DNA of 64,000 bases from assembly GCF_964355755.1 (NCBI RefSeq), contig NC_092679.1, positions 13,933,432 through 13,997,431 on the forward strand, in the 5' to 3' direction. Positions 52,041 through 59,601 of the stretch are shown piece after piece (the stretch's first letter is position 1; each line of letters begins with the position of its first letter). The notes under the pieces were generated by a model that worked only from the letters and a program-made list of their open reading frames with translations, did no database searches and was not told the DNA's origin. This DNA is from Antedon mediterranea. Taxonomy: Eukaryota; Animalia; Echinodermata. The position numbers and the translations under genes were made by a program.

Positions 52041-54359
52041 GCCTGTTCTAATACCCCTTTCACACCAAAACTCCGGAGTGTCTCCGGAGACACCCCGGGG
52101 TTTATGACCATTCAAAACGTCGAGAAACTCCGGAGATACCCCTTTCACACCAACCTAGCAACACCGGGGTTTATAAAATAAAATTGTAAATGTCGCCCTC
52201 TATTTTGTTTGTTTACATAGCGACGATCATTAGAATCATTTTAATTAATAATATTTTAAATTTAATAATTACTTTCAAAAGTCTCAGAAGTAATATAATG
52301 TTTTATTGATACTACTTATTATTTTTGAACCCGCTATATATGTTGTACAAATATTTAAAGTATTTTGAAATAAAACTAAAGCTATGAGTGATCGTGTGAG
52401 GATGACCTTTTGACCCGAAACACTCCGGAGTTTGATGTTGGTACCTTTCACACCAAAACACCGGGGTGTCCCCGCAGTTCGCTCTCCGGAGAATGTTCAG
52501 CTGTTCAACCCCGCAGTTTTAAACTCCGGAGTTGCTTGATTTTACCTTTCACACCAAACAGCGGGACGTCAACTCCGGGGTGTCTCCGGAGTTTTGCTTT
52601 TGGTGTGAAAGGGGTATTATATAGCGCATATAATCAGGCTTTCAATAATATATTATTATGCTACAATTATGATTTACACAATACGTTTTTATCTAGAAAT
52701 TAATGTGGTTGAAATCCCTCGACTAAAGAGAAACAATGTATTTGACAGGGGTTTGCTTAGTCTATGCTCATCCTAGTTAAGCCTATGCCTTATCATTTTT
52801 AAGCCTACTTTCACCATTTTATCGAATGATATTTCATTTTAGCCCAAATTAATGTTGTCATCTGTACTGTAGCTTGCTTGCATTTATGTAAAAGATTACT
52901 TACATGGTGAAAAGTTCATGTAGCTTTGACAAAGCATCTTCGTCGATTTCCTTCAGGTTATTATTGTTCATGTAACTATAAAAAAAATTGTGCTATGGTG
53001 AACAAAACATTGTAAACATACTAAACAACGTAAGGCATTTGCACGTAAGACGAAAAATGCTCGGTTTTATTCCTTAAACACATCATCAAGCTAGTTAATC
53101 TATATTGATCGTTCGTATTGCTAAATTCCAAAATACTGCTTTGTTCTACATGGCACATTATTAACACTAGAGGGTGAACTCGCTTCGCTCGCTCTCCCTC
53201 TAGGAAGTGTAGACGATGGTTCTCGGAATGATAATGACACGGTAAAAAGGTTTTAGAAGGACGTTCTGGTCTGGACGTTTTCGGTCGGTTACCATTATTG
53301 AAACGCTTGATATTCCTAAAACTAAACCTACTCACTAACCTGTTTCACAGTGTCTTAGATGATTAATAGCGTTTTACGTATAGTGTTAATTGTTTGGTAG
53401 GGCCCATATAGTGTGGATGTGGGGAGGCGGAGTTAATTTGAGGGAGGTGCTTATTTGAGGGTTACGTTAATTTTGTTAATTTTAATAAAATGGTACATTT
53501 ACAAATAAAATCCTCTAGTAGATATAAAAAGTGGTAAAAAAGAATTACAAATCCTTGGTAAATTGAAATCTACTAAAAATAGTATAATTGTGTCATAAAT
53601 ATAATACAATATTATGTGTATAAATGTGGATGGACGTTTATTAGATGGTAGTTGGTGGGGGGGGGGGTGGTGATAATTATCAATTGATGTTTTATTTGGG
53701 AGGTGTTCCGGGCGTTTATTTAAATAAATACCATTCTAATTGGTATAATCAATACATTATTCCGCGACAGTGAACAGTTTTGGCCTAAGAAGGCAGACGT
53801 TTTAGACGGCTTGCAACATGGGCATAAGTAGCCTATCCCAGGATCCTAACGGGACACAGGTAGCGCACAGTATTTATAAAGTCCTGGCGGGTTACTCAAA
53901 AACTCGACTATCGGGGTTTCATTCGATATTTCAAACAAAAGCTCTTATTGTTCAAGAATATCCTATAACATATAACATTTTACTACGTTGGGCTAACCTC
54001 CCTCCAAACAGCAGTTCGGAAACTGCAAAGCAGCCTTACGGGTCGCCGGGCCCGAAGAGGATATGTAGGGATAATAACATATAACCGTAGCTTTGACATT
54101 GCAATGTGAAGCTTACAGAATTATTGTGTCTACTGGTTATTGAAATTACAAAAAAAACTTACAGAGTTTGGGTGTTTACTGGAATTCCTACCGGCCATTC
54201 ATTGAGTCCACGGTTTGCACAGTCCACGGTTCTTTTTGTACATTCACAAACTGCATTCACATTAGTATCATTACTACATGCAACTTCAACACCAATTGAT
54301 AAATCAACCCATAAAAACAACAGGCAGCATATCAAGGATGTAGAGTCCATTTTCAACAT
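5124..54359 (-). CDS. 19-exon gene, about 1100 aa: signal peptide, LRRNT, ~16 LRRs, Cys-rich CxxC repeats and ~9-TM C-terminal domain (receptor-like)
   Basis: Exons in order: 54359-54163, 52975-52904, 50084-50025, 49228-49160, 48428-48357, 47008-46937, 35274-35203, 34079-34002, 30579-30514, 28947-28879, 28077-28006, 21074-21012, 15686-15552, 9334-9266, 8607-8533, 8048-7989, 7380-7205, 7088-5382, 5242-5124. All are GT..AG, LRR exons are phase 2/2, and the total of 3303 nt is open. Additional small exons may have been missed. Confidence 0.85.
5382..7088 (-). CDS. Exon 18: Cys-rich repeats and multipass membrane domain
   Basis: Open from GFYQDKRG...CQRCPLGSFSNNAGAASIAGCQTCPSGT into the 502-aa ORF, which has about 9 hydrophobic segments. 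TACAG acceptor, GTAAG donor. Confidence 0.92.
7205..7380 (-). CDS. Exon 17: linker and start of the Cys-rich repeats
   Basis: VCVKEG...CSPCKEGTYRLYDSTECAKCPPG; CTAG acceptor, GTATG donor. Confidence 0.85.
7989..8048 (-). CDS. LRR exon 16 (60 bp)
   Basis: YLNCCGLKSIPSNIGKLINI; TTTAG acceptor, GTAAAT donor. Confidence 0.78.
8533..8607 (-). CDS. LRR exon 15 (75 bp)
   Basis: FLYGNKISNITYKTLETQNTTLEYI; CTGCAG acceptor, GTGAG donor. Confidence 0.82.
9266..9334 (-). CDS. LRR exon 14 (69 bp)
   Basis: FLVHNNITFIEDGAFNETNLYFL; TTTCAG acceptor, GTAAG donor. Confidence 0.86.
9560..10250 (-). mobile_element. Highly decayed LINE 3' fragment, possibly RTE clade
   Basis: Broken frames give NMANEKL*KLIKILRS and a later YFGR...KVQGNPR, which resemble RTE C-terminal motifs. 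Confidence 0.35.
10420..10632 (+). repeat. Diverged dispersed monomer of the tRNA-containing 364-bp repeat
   Basis: CTATCCAATCGAGTTTGAACAAC..CCATGAA..AATGGTTAGGACATCTACATATCAAGCAG...TTCTCATTCTCACAGATTTCCTCATC matches the array units; the 5' acceptor arm is deleted. Confidence 0.85.
10968..11470 (+). pseudogene. SGNH-hydrolase-like ORF of the YR retroelement, frameshifted
   Basis: LVGHSFVRRL, SRGGAT, IVYVHLGENDIV, FN..AVDINRRL, YWRHRGLW and a broken DGVHL-like block. Confidence 0.7.
11640..12350 (+). pseudogene. gag-like ORF of the YR retroelement, disrupted
   Basis: IWANGYIDLKTL and MRAITIYMSI...MLKYVSNI...NWRTYDESFRK...NWDVLHPEL, typical of DIRS/Ngaro ORF1. Confidence 0.65.
12445..12560 (-). 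mobile_element. Short L2/SINE-like 3' tail inserted at the start of the RT ORF
   Basis: Reverse complement GCGCCTTGAGCAC...GGTATGTGCGCTATAAAAATCCTGTTATTATTTTATTT ends in a simple-repeat tail and interrupts ELSWYLAG/GYTQELFNELL. Confidence 0.5.
12560..14085 (+). pseudogene. Reverse transcriptase and RNase H of the YR retroelement, frameshifted
   Basis: SPLGVVPK, KTDIEDAF, YDRCLPMG, HILDDFF, LFSDAAASIG, FRCDNSAV, HIPGVDNVWADLLSR. Confidence 0.88.
14127..15000 (+). pseudogene. Tyrosine recombinase of the YR retroelement, disrupted
   Basis: SLAPATIKAY, RLPITAEIL, AFQGFFWIGEL, CPV and YKGHSFHIGAATYAA; both catalytic Arg positions are altered. Confidence 0.88.
15552..15686 (-). CDS. LRR exon 13 (135 bp, two LRRs)
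   Basis: DLSWNSLTSLEDRKIPAVKNLFLGKNNIQSISTKIFANMSSLQTL; TTTCAG acceptor, GTGAGT donor. Confidence 0.87.
16473..17571. mobile_element. Foldback-like MITE with inverted arms built of GGACAACTACCCC units
   Basis: Left arm 16480-16775 is (GGACAACTACCCCC)n; right arm 16905-17566 is (GGGGGTAGTTGTCC)n with an internal ~240-bp duplication; AT-rich spacer between; termini GGT..ACC. Confidence 0.75.
17684..20711. mobile_element. Decayed Harbinger element (inner) with MADF-BESS and transposase remnants
   Basis: TIRs AGGCCGGTGCACACC(A/G)AACGCGAAGCCGCGAA at both ends. MADF remnant at 17960-18158 (+; CLYDKGSKSYTDRNIRINA*), BESS-like remnant near 18600-18730, and broken transposase-like C-terminus (GDSG...VFG...IAC.LH) near 20250-20555 (-). 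Confidence 0.82.
18848..19712. mobile_element. Decayed TTAA-type (Kolobok-like) MITE(s)
   Basis: AGATGTATTGTCC near 18848 pairs with GGACAATACATCT+TTAA near 19380 and again near 19695. Confidence 0.5.
21012..21074 (-). CDS. LRR exon 12 (63 bp)
   Basis: LLAYNRLTEIPIFRGYIYGTL; TTTAG acceptor, GTGAGT donor. Confidence 0.82.
22482..23110. mobile_element. Non-autonomous TTAA-specific DNA transposon (Kolobok-like)
   Basis: TTAA|AGCCCCATTCCCTAC ... GCAGGGAAGGGGTCT|TTAA; the LINE frame rejoins across a single TTAA. Confidence 0.75.
23139..25623. mobile_element. Non-autonomous Academ-like transposon with very long TIRs
   Basis: AAC|TAGTCCATGGGATTTAG ... CTAAATCCCATGGACTA|AAC. TAG..CTA termini, 3-bp TSD and inverted arms of more than 600 bp. 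Confidence 0.8.
26330..27801 (-). mobile_element. Non-autonomous Helitron, copy 1
   Basis: On the minus strand: A|TCTATATAT... start, terminal hairpin plus CTAG|T end, no TSD; the LINE frame is restored on removal. Confidence 0.85.
28006..28077 (-). CDS. LRR exon 11 (72 bp)
   Basis: DLVNNNISFIHKDAFVAMDSIFSL; TTTCAG acceptor, GTGAGT donor. Confidence 0.86.
28168..28301 (+). mobile_element. Short decayed Helentron-type HINE
   Basis: TTCACTATGTCGG(TCGG)n...GAGCACTCGACT...ATGGCCTTGT, as in the larger copies. Confidence 0.6.
28879..28947 (-). CDS. LRR exon 10 (69 bp)
   Basis: HLSKNKLRSIPSKAFQGGDILVL; CATAG acceptor, GTAAGT donor. Confidence 0.83.
29255..29990 (+). mobile_element. Rex1/Babar-like (CR1 group) LINE 3' fragment
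   Basis: ELIVDFR, YKYLGTIID, LYLLRQLRKFNV, HPLHKEY, RTKRYNKSFVPQSI; AATAAA near 29980. Confidence 0.85.
30514..30579 (-). CDS. Exon 9 (66 bp), divergent LRR
   Basis: SISPSVVELSTGTFKLSTGSSI; TTTTTAG acceptor, GTGAGT donor, phase 2/2. Confidence 0.65.
30880..33960 (-). mobile_element. Decayed RTE-like LINE with APE endonuclease and RT
   Basis: KIGTINIRSG..ALQEVR (APE), QYGFRQNHGTNDA, FVDLSAAFD, GYADDIVL and LEINATKTETM; frameshifted and interrupted by a HINE. Confidence 0.85.
33243..33695 (+). mobile_element. Helentron-type HINE, 3'-truncated
   Basis: TTTTAGTCGCGTGGAAGCGACTC start, (GTCG/GTCT)n microsatellite and conserved core. Confidence 0.75.
34002..34079 (-). CDS. LRR exon 8 (78 bp)
   Basis: RIKNNKKLQMLGENAFAFTNGGSVSI; TTTCAG acceptor, GTAAG donor. 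Confidence 0.78.
34159..34817 (+). mobile_element. Helentron-type HINE (DINE-1-like)
   Basis: Subterminal inverted AGTCGCGT / ACGCGACT, two GTCG/GTCT tracts, 3' GGCTGTTGGCC and T-run flanks. Confidence 0.8.
35203..35274 (-). CDS. LRR exon 7 (72 bp), duplicate of exon 6
   Basis: GLSFNNINMIEPFTFVNNSKLVKL; TTTCAG acceptor, GTAAGT donor. Confidence 0.82.
35628..36097. mobile_element. Left part of dispersed repeat X (possibly Crypton-like); right part at 46266-46620
   Basis: ATACAGATATTG.CTGCTTAGAGGT.AAATATAAGATTTGACATCCCC also occurs near 7455, 58029 and 60628. The copy at 60628-64000 shows both parts in order. Superfamily assignment is weak. Confidence 0.55.
36494..37825 (-). mobile_element. 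Non-autonomous Helitron, copy 2
   Basis: Highly similar to 26330-27801; A|TC...CTAG|T insertion within a LINE codon. Confidence 0.85.
38340..39868 (-). mobile_element. L1/Tx1-like LINE 3' fragment with CCHC zinc finger and AT-rich tail
   Basis: KVAQFNFKLLHRIL and CDRCKNVIENEEHMLLKC..IKPVW; inserted antisense in the CR1/L2 RT region. Confidence 0.7.
40730..40775. repeat. (TA)n microsatellite
   Basis: Directly visible. Confidence 0.95.
41212..41283 (+). tRNA. tRNA-like gene, anticodon ATC (Asp), unit 1; function uncertain
   Basis: Cloverleaf GCCCCAG TG GTCT AATGGTTA GGAC A TCTGC ATATCAA GCAGG CGGT CCGAG TTCGAGT CTCGG TTGGGGC G, followed by a T-run. Confidence 0.6.
41575..41646 (+). tRNA. tRNA-like gene (ATC), unit 2
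   Basis: Identical cloverleaf with T5 downstream. Confidence 0.6.
41939..42010 (+). tRNA. tRNA-like gene (ATC), unit 3
   Basis: Identical cloverleaf with T5 downstream. Confidence 0.6.
42303..42375 (+). tRNA. tRNA-like gene, unit 4 variant
   Basis: Anticodon loop ATATCCA and an extra G in the 3' acceptor arm. Confidence 0.5.
42668..42739 (+). tRNA. tRNA-like gene (ATC), unit 5
   Basis: Identical cloverleaf. Confidence 0.6.
42845..45162. mobile_element. Non-autonomous DNA transposon with 18-bp TIR and 4-bp TSD (possibly Sola-like)
   Basis: TGTT|CAGTCGAGCAGCAAAGTG ... CACTTTGCTGCCCGACTG|TGTT; the array unit resumes exactly after it. Confidence 0.85.
45354..45425 (+). tRNA. tRNA-like gene (ATC), unit 6
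   Basis: Identical cloverleaf. Confidence 0.6.
45717..45788 (+). tRNA. tRNA-like gene, unit 7 variant
   Basis: Anticodon loop ATATCCA. Confidence 0.5.
46081..46152 (+). tRNA. tRNA-like gene (ATC), unit 8 variant
   Basis: 5' arm GCCCAAG gives one acceptor-stem mismatch. Confidence 0.5.
46700..47625. repeat. ~0.9-kb exon-containing tandem duplication; partner is about 34900-35627 plus 46621-46700
   Basis: Intron flanks of exons 6 and 7 align, e.g. GTGGTAGTCGTGGT.GTGACAGGTGGT and CAGACTGACTAGAACGATCGTCAAC. Confidence 0.85.
46937..47008 (-). CDS. LRR exon 6 (72 bp), paralog of exon 7
   Basis: YLSSNDINIIEPFTFANNSKLAYL; TTTCAG acceptor, GTAAGT donor. Confidence 0.85.
48357..48428 (-). CDS. LRR exon 5 (72 bp)
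   Basis: SLTNNKITILRNTTFQGSTVITNL; ATAG acceptor, GTAAGT donor. Confidence 0.85.
49160..49228 (-). CDS. LRR exon 4 (69 bp)
   Basis: HADKNLLTDISTVFNDLPILHIL; TTCAG acceptor, GTAAGT donor. Confidence 0.8.
49322..49717. mobile_element. MITE with ~50-bp imperfect TIRs
   Basis: ATAGAGTTCTGCG..TGACGTCAC.ACG.TAG.TGGC.CTGCGTGG versus CCACGCAGAGCCATCTATCGTTGTGACGTCACACCGCAGAACTCTAT; TSD not clear. Confidence 0.7.
50025..50084 (-). CDS. LRR exon 3 (60 bp)
   Basis: NVNNNLLSKLPSLPKTIGNI; GACAG acceptor, GTAAGT donor. Confidence 0.8.
50334..51239. mobile_element. Non-autonomous Mutator-like (MULE) element
   Basis: 9-bp TSD GACCGGCTT at 50325-50333 and 51240-51248; TIRs of about 130 bp starting GCGATTTTTTTTT. 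Confidence 0.85.
51309..51410 (-). mobile_element. Short-type Helentron HINE
   Basis: Reverse complement TTTTTGGTCGCATGCAACGCGACTC..CACTATGTCGGTCGG..GAGCACGCGACTGCAGCCATTTATATGGCCTTGTT. Confidence 0.7.
52006..52040. repeat. (TAA)n microsatellite
   Basis: Directly visible; it is the source of the poly-Ile ORF. Confidence 0.9.
52051..52617. mobile_element. Harbinger-like MITE
   Basis: TA|ATACCCCTTTCACACCAAAA ... TTTGGTGTGAAAGGGGTAT|TA; internal CTTTCACACCAA and CTCCGGAG repeats. Confidence 0.78.
52904..52975 (-). CDS. LRR exon 2 (72 bp)
   Basis: YMNNNNLKEIDEDALSKLHELFTI; TATAG acceptor, GTAAGT donor. Confidence 0.85.
53167..53970 (-). mobile_element. Helitron copy 3, more diverged; 5' end unclear
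   Basis: Same CTAGAGGGTGA.CTCGCTTCGCTCGCT..CTCTAG terminus and collinear body as copies 1 and 2. Confidence 0.75.
54163..54359 (-). CDS. Exon 1 of LRR gene: signal peptide plus LRRNT cap
   Basis: MLKMDSTSLICCLLFLWVDLSIG...CECTKRTVDCANRGLNEWPVGIPVNTQTL, then a GTAAGT donor. Confidence 0.88.
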
Positions 54360-56595
54360 GTTTGCAATATAAATGTGAAAACCTAACCTATTAAATATTG
54401 CGTTTATTTTAGAAACGTCACTGTGATACAAAATCTGGTTTGATATTGAAATAAAATCATGAATGTTTCGTAAATTCTACAAATTGTATAAGCATTTCCA
54501 ACTGAGTTGGTATCAACAAAAGAAGTTCCGGATTCGGGTCGTGACATTAGTGTACTTTCACTTTACTTCTTTTCATTATACAGTACCTGTTTTTGTCATA
54601 ACATACTTATTATGTATATCATTTTTTATTTCCTTGTGGTAGTCAAGTTTTAAATATATCTATCGATTTTATTGCTTACAATCGATGACATCTTGGCCAC
54701 ATCTGCAAAAAAGTCTTATCATTTGCTCACCAAGGTCGCCTTTTCCATTAGACACAACTAGAATTTACGAACAAAATTGTATTTTAACCCTTTGAAGACG
54801 CAAGGTTTCTACCCCAAATGACAGAGCTTAAATAAGGTATTAAAGATTAGCATAAGCTAGTAGATTCCGAAAATTACCTGTTAATGGCTTTTCCAACACA
54901 CTTTCTTACTCTTACTTCTTGAATCGGAGGTATCTCTGGCGGGAATTTAATAAGTCAGAGAGAATGATATAAACCATAATACGATTGGTTAATTAATAGC
55001 GTGACAATCGTTTCCTGGTTATGACGTGACAGTTGTGGCGCCAGCCAGCCCCCCCCCCCCCCCCCACCACCCCCCGTCGGGGAAAGCTGCCCCCCCCCCC
55101 CCCAGGTCGGGGAGTATTGCCCATATTTGTCGGGGAGATAAATATGATCATTTCTTTTCTGGTAAAAAATAAAACCATATTAAGTGTACTACTATATATT
55201 TTAAGTAACTGCGGCATGCCATTTTTGACGTACGTACGATATACTGACAGCGAAGTAAACAGTATGATGTGGTACGCATTTGTCTGGCGGTGTCTCTTTG
55301 TACGAATCTTTCATGGCTCACTGCGGTATACCCGTCGACATATCTGGGCTGTATCATATTACATCCAGGGACCAAAATGTGTATTTTTCAGATTCCAGGC
55401 GAAAATCGAAAATTAATTTGCAACTACGCATCGACGTACGTTCTTACAGGAATATAGGTACGAGTTATGTTCTCACGGTTGAGTTTACGAATTGTTTCAA
55501 TTTACCAATAACCCTTGGTGTACCGCGTATATGTTCGCTGTCGATTAAAGGGGTTTGGGTGGGGGTTCGATTGGGAAAAGGAAGCGGTTGGCCCGAACCA
55601 TAAAACAGGGTCTGGTCACGTTTCTTTTCGCGCATAAATCTCGATCTAGGGTAGGTGGGTGAATAGGGTGGCTAGCCACCTCCCTTAATTCTAAAGGGAA
55701 AAAAAAGATGCACCAAACCCGTGACCGTCGCTAGACGCGGATTCGACGCACTTGACTTTTTTAATTAAGAAGAGTAGGCAAGAGCTATAGTTGAAAGAAC
55801 TATTTATGAATTCAAGAGTTTAAAAAGAAAACGCAATTTAAAATCTTCGGAAAATACCCACAACTGAGTTATTTTCAAAACACATGCACTCCCACTACCA
55901 GCATCACGTTGTCTTAGCTCGCTCCTCGCGTGAATGCTGACGTTATCACTCTCCAAAAATACACCATTTTCCGCCCTGGTCCGTGTGCAAGCGTTAGCGT
56001 GGACCTGTATATTTACACCCCTGTACAGAGTAGAGTGTAATATCGTGAACTTTTTTCTCGCGTATGAAGGTTTTTTTAAATAATGGTATGCAGTATAAAC
56101 GATAAAAAAAAACGATAAACATGATGTTCTTTTATTATTATTTCATAGGCATAACATAAACATGAAATGTCTTCTTCTATGTACACGGCCGAAAAAACGG
56201 CATTTTATTGATTTGTGTTACAGACACGGCGATTACGGCAATCCTCATTGTATACGGTACTAAATTACATTGAGTTATTCACCCGGCTATAGGGTATACA
56301 GTATATCTGAGGTTAACAGACCACCAAAGCACAGTCGTACACTAAACACATGCACTATCGAGGCATTTTCGGATCAAAGTTTATTATTAGTTTGTCGAAA
56401 AAGATCCGTATTAGAGTATTTAGGAAAGATTTATTTAAATTTACATTATTATGTGACATTGTTATTAAATGTAATGGAAACAGTTGCTCTAGCCTATTAA
56501 ACAGTGTGTAAGCATCTATTTTTCAAAATTTTTTGAGTAATACGATTGGTTAATTAATAGCGTGACAATCGTTTCCTGGTTATGACGTGATACTT

Positions 56596-56784
56596 AAGCC
56601 TGTTTTCCTGTCGACGTTATTCGACGCTATCGTCGTTGATCGTTAAAAGTTCAACGACGAAGTTGAAATGATGACAATAGCGAGTACCATTTCTTGTAAA
56701 TCGTTAACATTTCAATGTTTACGTAGAAGATCGCCGATTATTGTTAACGATAGCGTCAGATAACGTCGACAGGAAAACAGGCTT
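56596..56784. mobile_element. ~190-bp MITE; further copies near 58545-58737 and 58961-59149
   Basis: TIR AAGCCTGTTTTCCTGTCGACG / CGTCGACAGGAAAACAGGCTT. Confidence 0.8.
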
Positions 56785-57255
56785 TAGTTGTTTTGGTTTA
56801 TCAGGGTTTATGTATGGATTATTAACTTTGTTTGTCTTTGTCTGTTAAAATGTTTAAAATAGTCAAACTTTATATAAGTGTTTTTTATATTTTGAACATA
56901 CTGTATAACGATAATAATGTTTATATAATAATAAAGGGTTATTTTGTGAAAATAACTGTAGGTTGACAGTGGGAATCCTTTTAATATTGCATAGGTATAA
57001 TAAGTTCAGTTTGTTTAAGGACTAAACATTTTAGTTAGACTAGGTAGGTCCAGTTATCCTTTTTATGTCATGTCTAATTTTACGGAACAATATCGATAAA
57101 GTTACCTCAACACCAATCGATGAATCCATTATTACACAGCAAGAACAGTAGAGACATCATTGCTACAGGACATTACGAAAATATCACAATGTGATACACA
57201 CTGTGTACACATAGTGGCATTTTGCGTTCACATAATTGACACCGTGTTTATAAAT

Positions 57256-57795
57256 TTTTAGTCGCGTTGGACGCGACTCTATAGTTCACTATGTCGGTCG
57301 GTCGGTCTGTCGGTCTTCATATCTTCACAATCATGAACCACAATTAAATCAAATTTGGTACTCATAAATTTCAGGGCATAAATCATCATATGACAATACA
57401 ATTACGTGCGTAGCGCGCATGTAACGCATGCGTACGCGCGCTTAAAATTTTCAAAATTTATTTTCGATGAAATAAGAGTACGTTTCAGGCAATTTTAAGC
57501 GTTTACAAAATTGCCATAAGTGCGCAGATTTTTGCGCGCGCACTGCGCATTAAATGTTATTGCGCGCTCTTTTTGCCCGATTTCTGTTTTCTTGACTTAT
57601 TTTCAACTCGAAATTACGTTATACGAGCACGTCAAAAGTGACAGGCTACGCACGTGTAAATTAAAAAAATATAAATGTTTTTAAACATTTCAACATTTTT
57701 AAACATGTTCAGTGATTTCGGTCAGTTGGTAGGTTGGTCGGTCGGTTGATAAACACTAATGAGCACGCGACTGCAGCCATCTATATGGCCTTGTT
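57256..57795 (+). mobile_element. Helentron-type HINE with chimeric short-type ends
   Basis: Short-type 5' and 3' ends around a long-type core. Confidence 0.75.
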
Positions 57796-59601
57796 ATGAA
57801 CACATACAGTATTGGTTTAACCAGGGAGTTGTTATTACAACTCCTTGGTTTAACATAGTATACGGTTTGACACGCATTGTTGGACGAACACACAGTGTGA
57901 AACACATCGAAAAGAGAAACACCGTATATGAAAAAAATCACAGTGTTGTTGGAAGGAACCAGACATAAAAAAAAATAAAACCTTTCTTATTAGTTTGTTT
58001 TATGGCTGGTAGCTATTAATATATTATTATACAGATATTGCCTGCTTAGAGGTGAAATATAAGATTTGACATCCCCAAGGGAATGATATTATGTTCGAGG
58101 GAAAATATATTTCCCGAAGCTCAGCTGTGGTAAATATATAATTCCCCGAGAATACAAAAATCTGGTTTGATATTGAAATAAAATCATGATTGTTTCTTAA
58201 ATTCTACAAATTGTATAAGCATTTCCAACTGAGTTGGTATCAACAAAAGAAGTTCCGGATTCAGGTCGTGACATTAGTGTACTTTCACTTTACTTCTTTT
58301 CATTATACAGTACCTGTTTTTATCATAACATACTTATTATGTATATCATTTTTTATTTCCTTGTGGTAGTCAAGTTTTAAATATATCTATCGATTTTATT
58401 GCTTACAATCGATGACATCTTGGCCACATCTGCAAAAAAGTCTTATCATTTGCTCACCAAGGTCGCCTTTTCCATTAGACACAACTAGAATTTACGAACA
58501 AAATTGTATTTTAACCCTTTGAAGACGCAAGGTTTCTACCCCAAAAGCCTGTTTTTCCTGTCGACGTTATTCGACGCTATCGTCGTTGATCGTTAACAGT
58601 TCAACGACGATCGTTTGAAAACGATCAAGGTGAAACGATAACGATAGCGAGTACCTTTTCCTGTAAAATCATTAACATTTCAATGTTTGCGTAGAAGATT
58701 GCCGATTATTGTTAACGATAGCGTCGACAGGAAAACATACTAAATGACTGAGCTTAAATAAGGTATTAAAGATTAGTATAAGCTAGTAGATTCCGAAAAT
58801 TCCCTGTTAATGGCTCTTCCAACAAACTTTCTTACTCTTACTTCTTGAATCGGAGGTATCTCTGGCGGGAATTTAATAAGTCATAGAGAATGATATAAAC
58901 CATAATACGATTGGTTAATTAATAGCGTGACAATCGTTTCCTGGTTATGACGTGATAATTAAGCCTGTTTTCCTGTCGACGTTATTCGAGGCTATCGTCG
59001 TTGATCGTTAAAAGTTCAACGACAAAGTTGAAATGATGACAATAGCGAGTACCATTTCCTGTAAATCGTTAACATTTCAATGTTTACGTAGAAGATCGCC
59101 GATTATTGTTAACGATAGCGTCGAATAACCTCGACAGGAAAACAGGCTTTAGTTGTTTTGGTTTATCAGGGTTTATGTATGGATTATTAACTTTGTTTGT
59201 CTTTGTCTGTTAAATATTTAAAATAGTGGAACTTTATAAGTGTTTTTATTATTTTGAACATACTGTATAACGATAATAATGTTTATATAATAATGAAAAT
59301 AACTGTAGGTTGACAGTGGGAATCCTTTTAATATTGCATAGGTATAATAAGTTCAGTTTCTTTAATGACTAAACATTTTAGTTAGACTAGGTAGGTTCAG
59401 TTATCCTTTTTATGTTATGTCTAATTTTACGGAACAATATCGATAAAGTTACCTCAACACCAATCGATGAATCCATTATTACACAGCAAGAACAGTAGAG
59501 ACATCATTGCTACAGGCCATTACGAAAATATCACAATGTGATACACACTGTGTACACATAGTGGCATTTTGCGTTCACATAATTGACACCGTGTTTATAC
59601 A

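Noticed and set aside
55033-55416. Pro-rich 127-aa ORF
   Set aside because: It arises from C homopolymer runs in an inserted segment; no domain or splice support.
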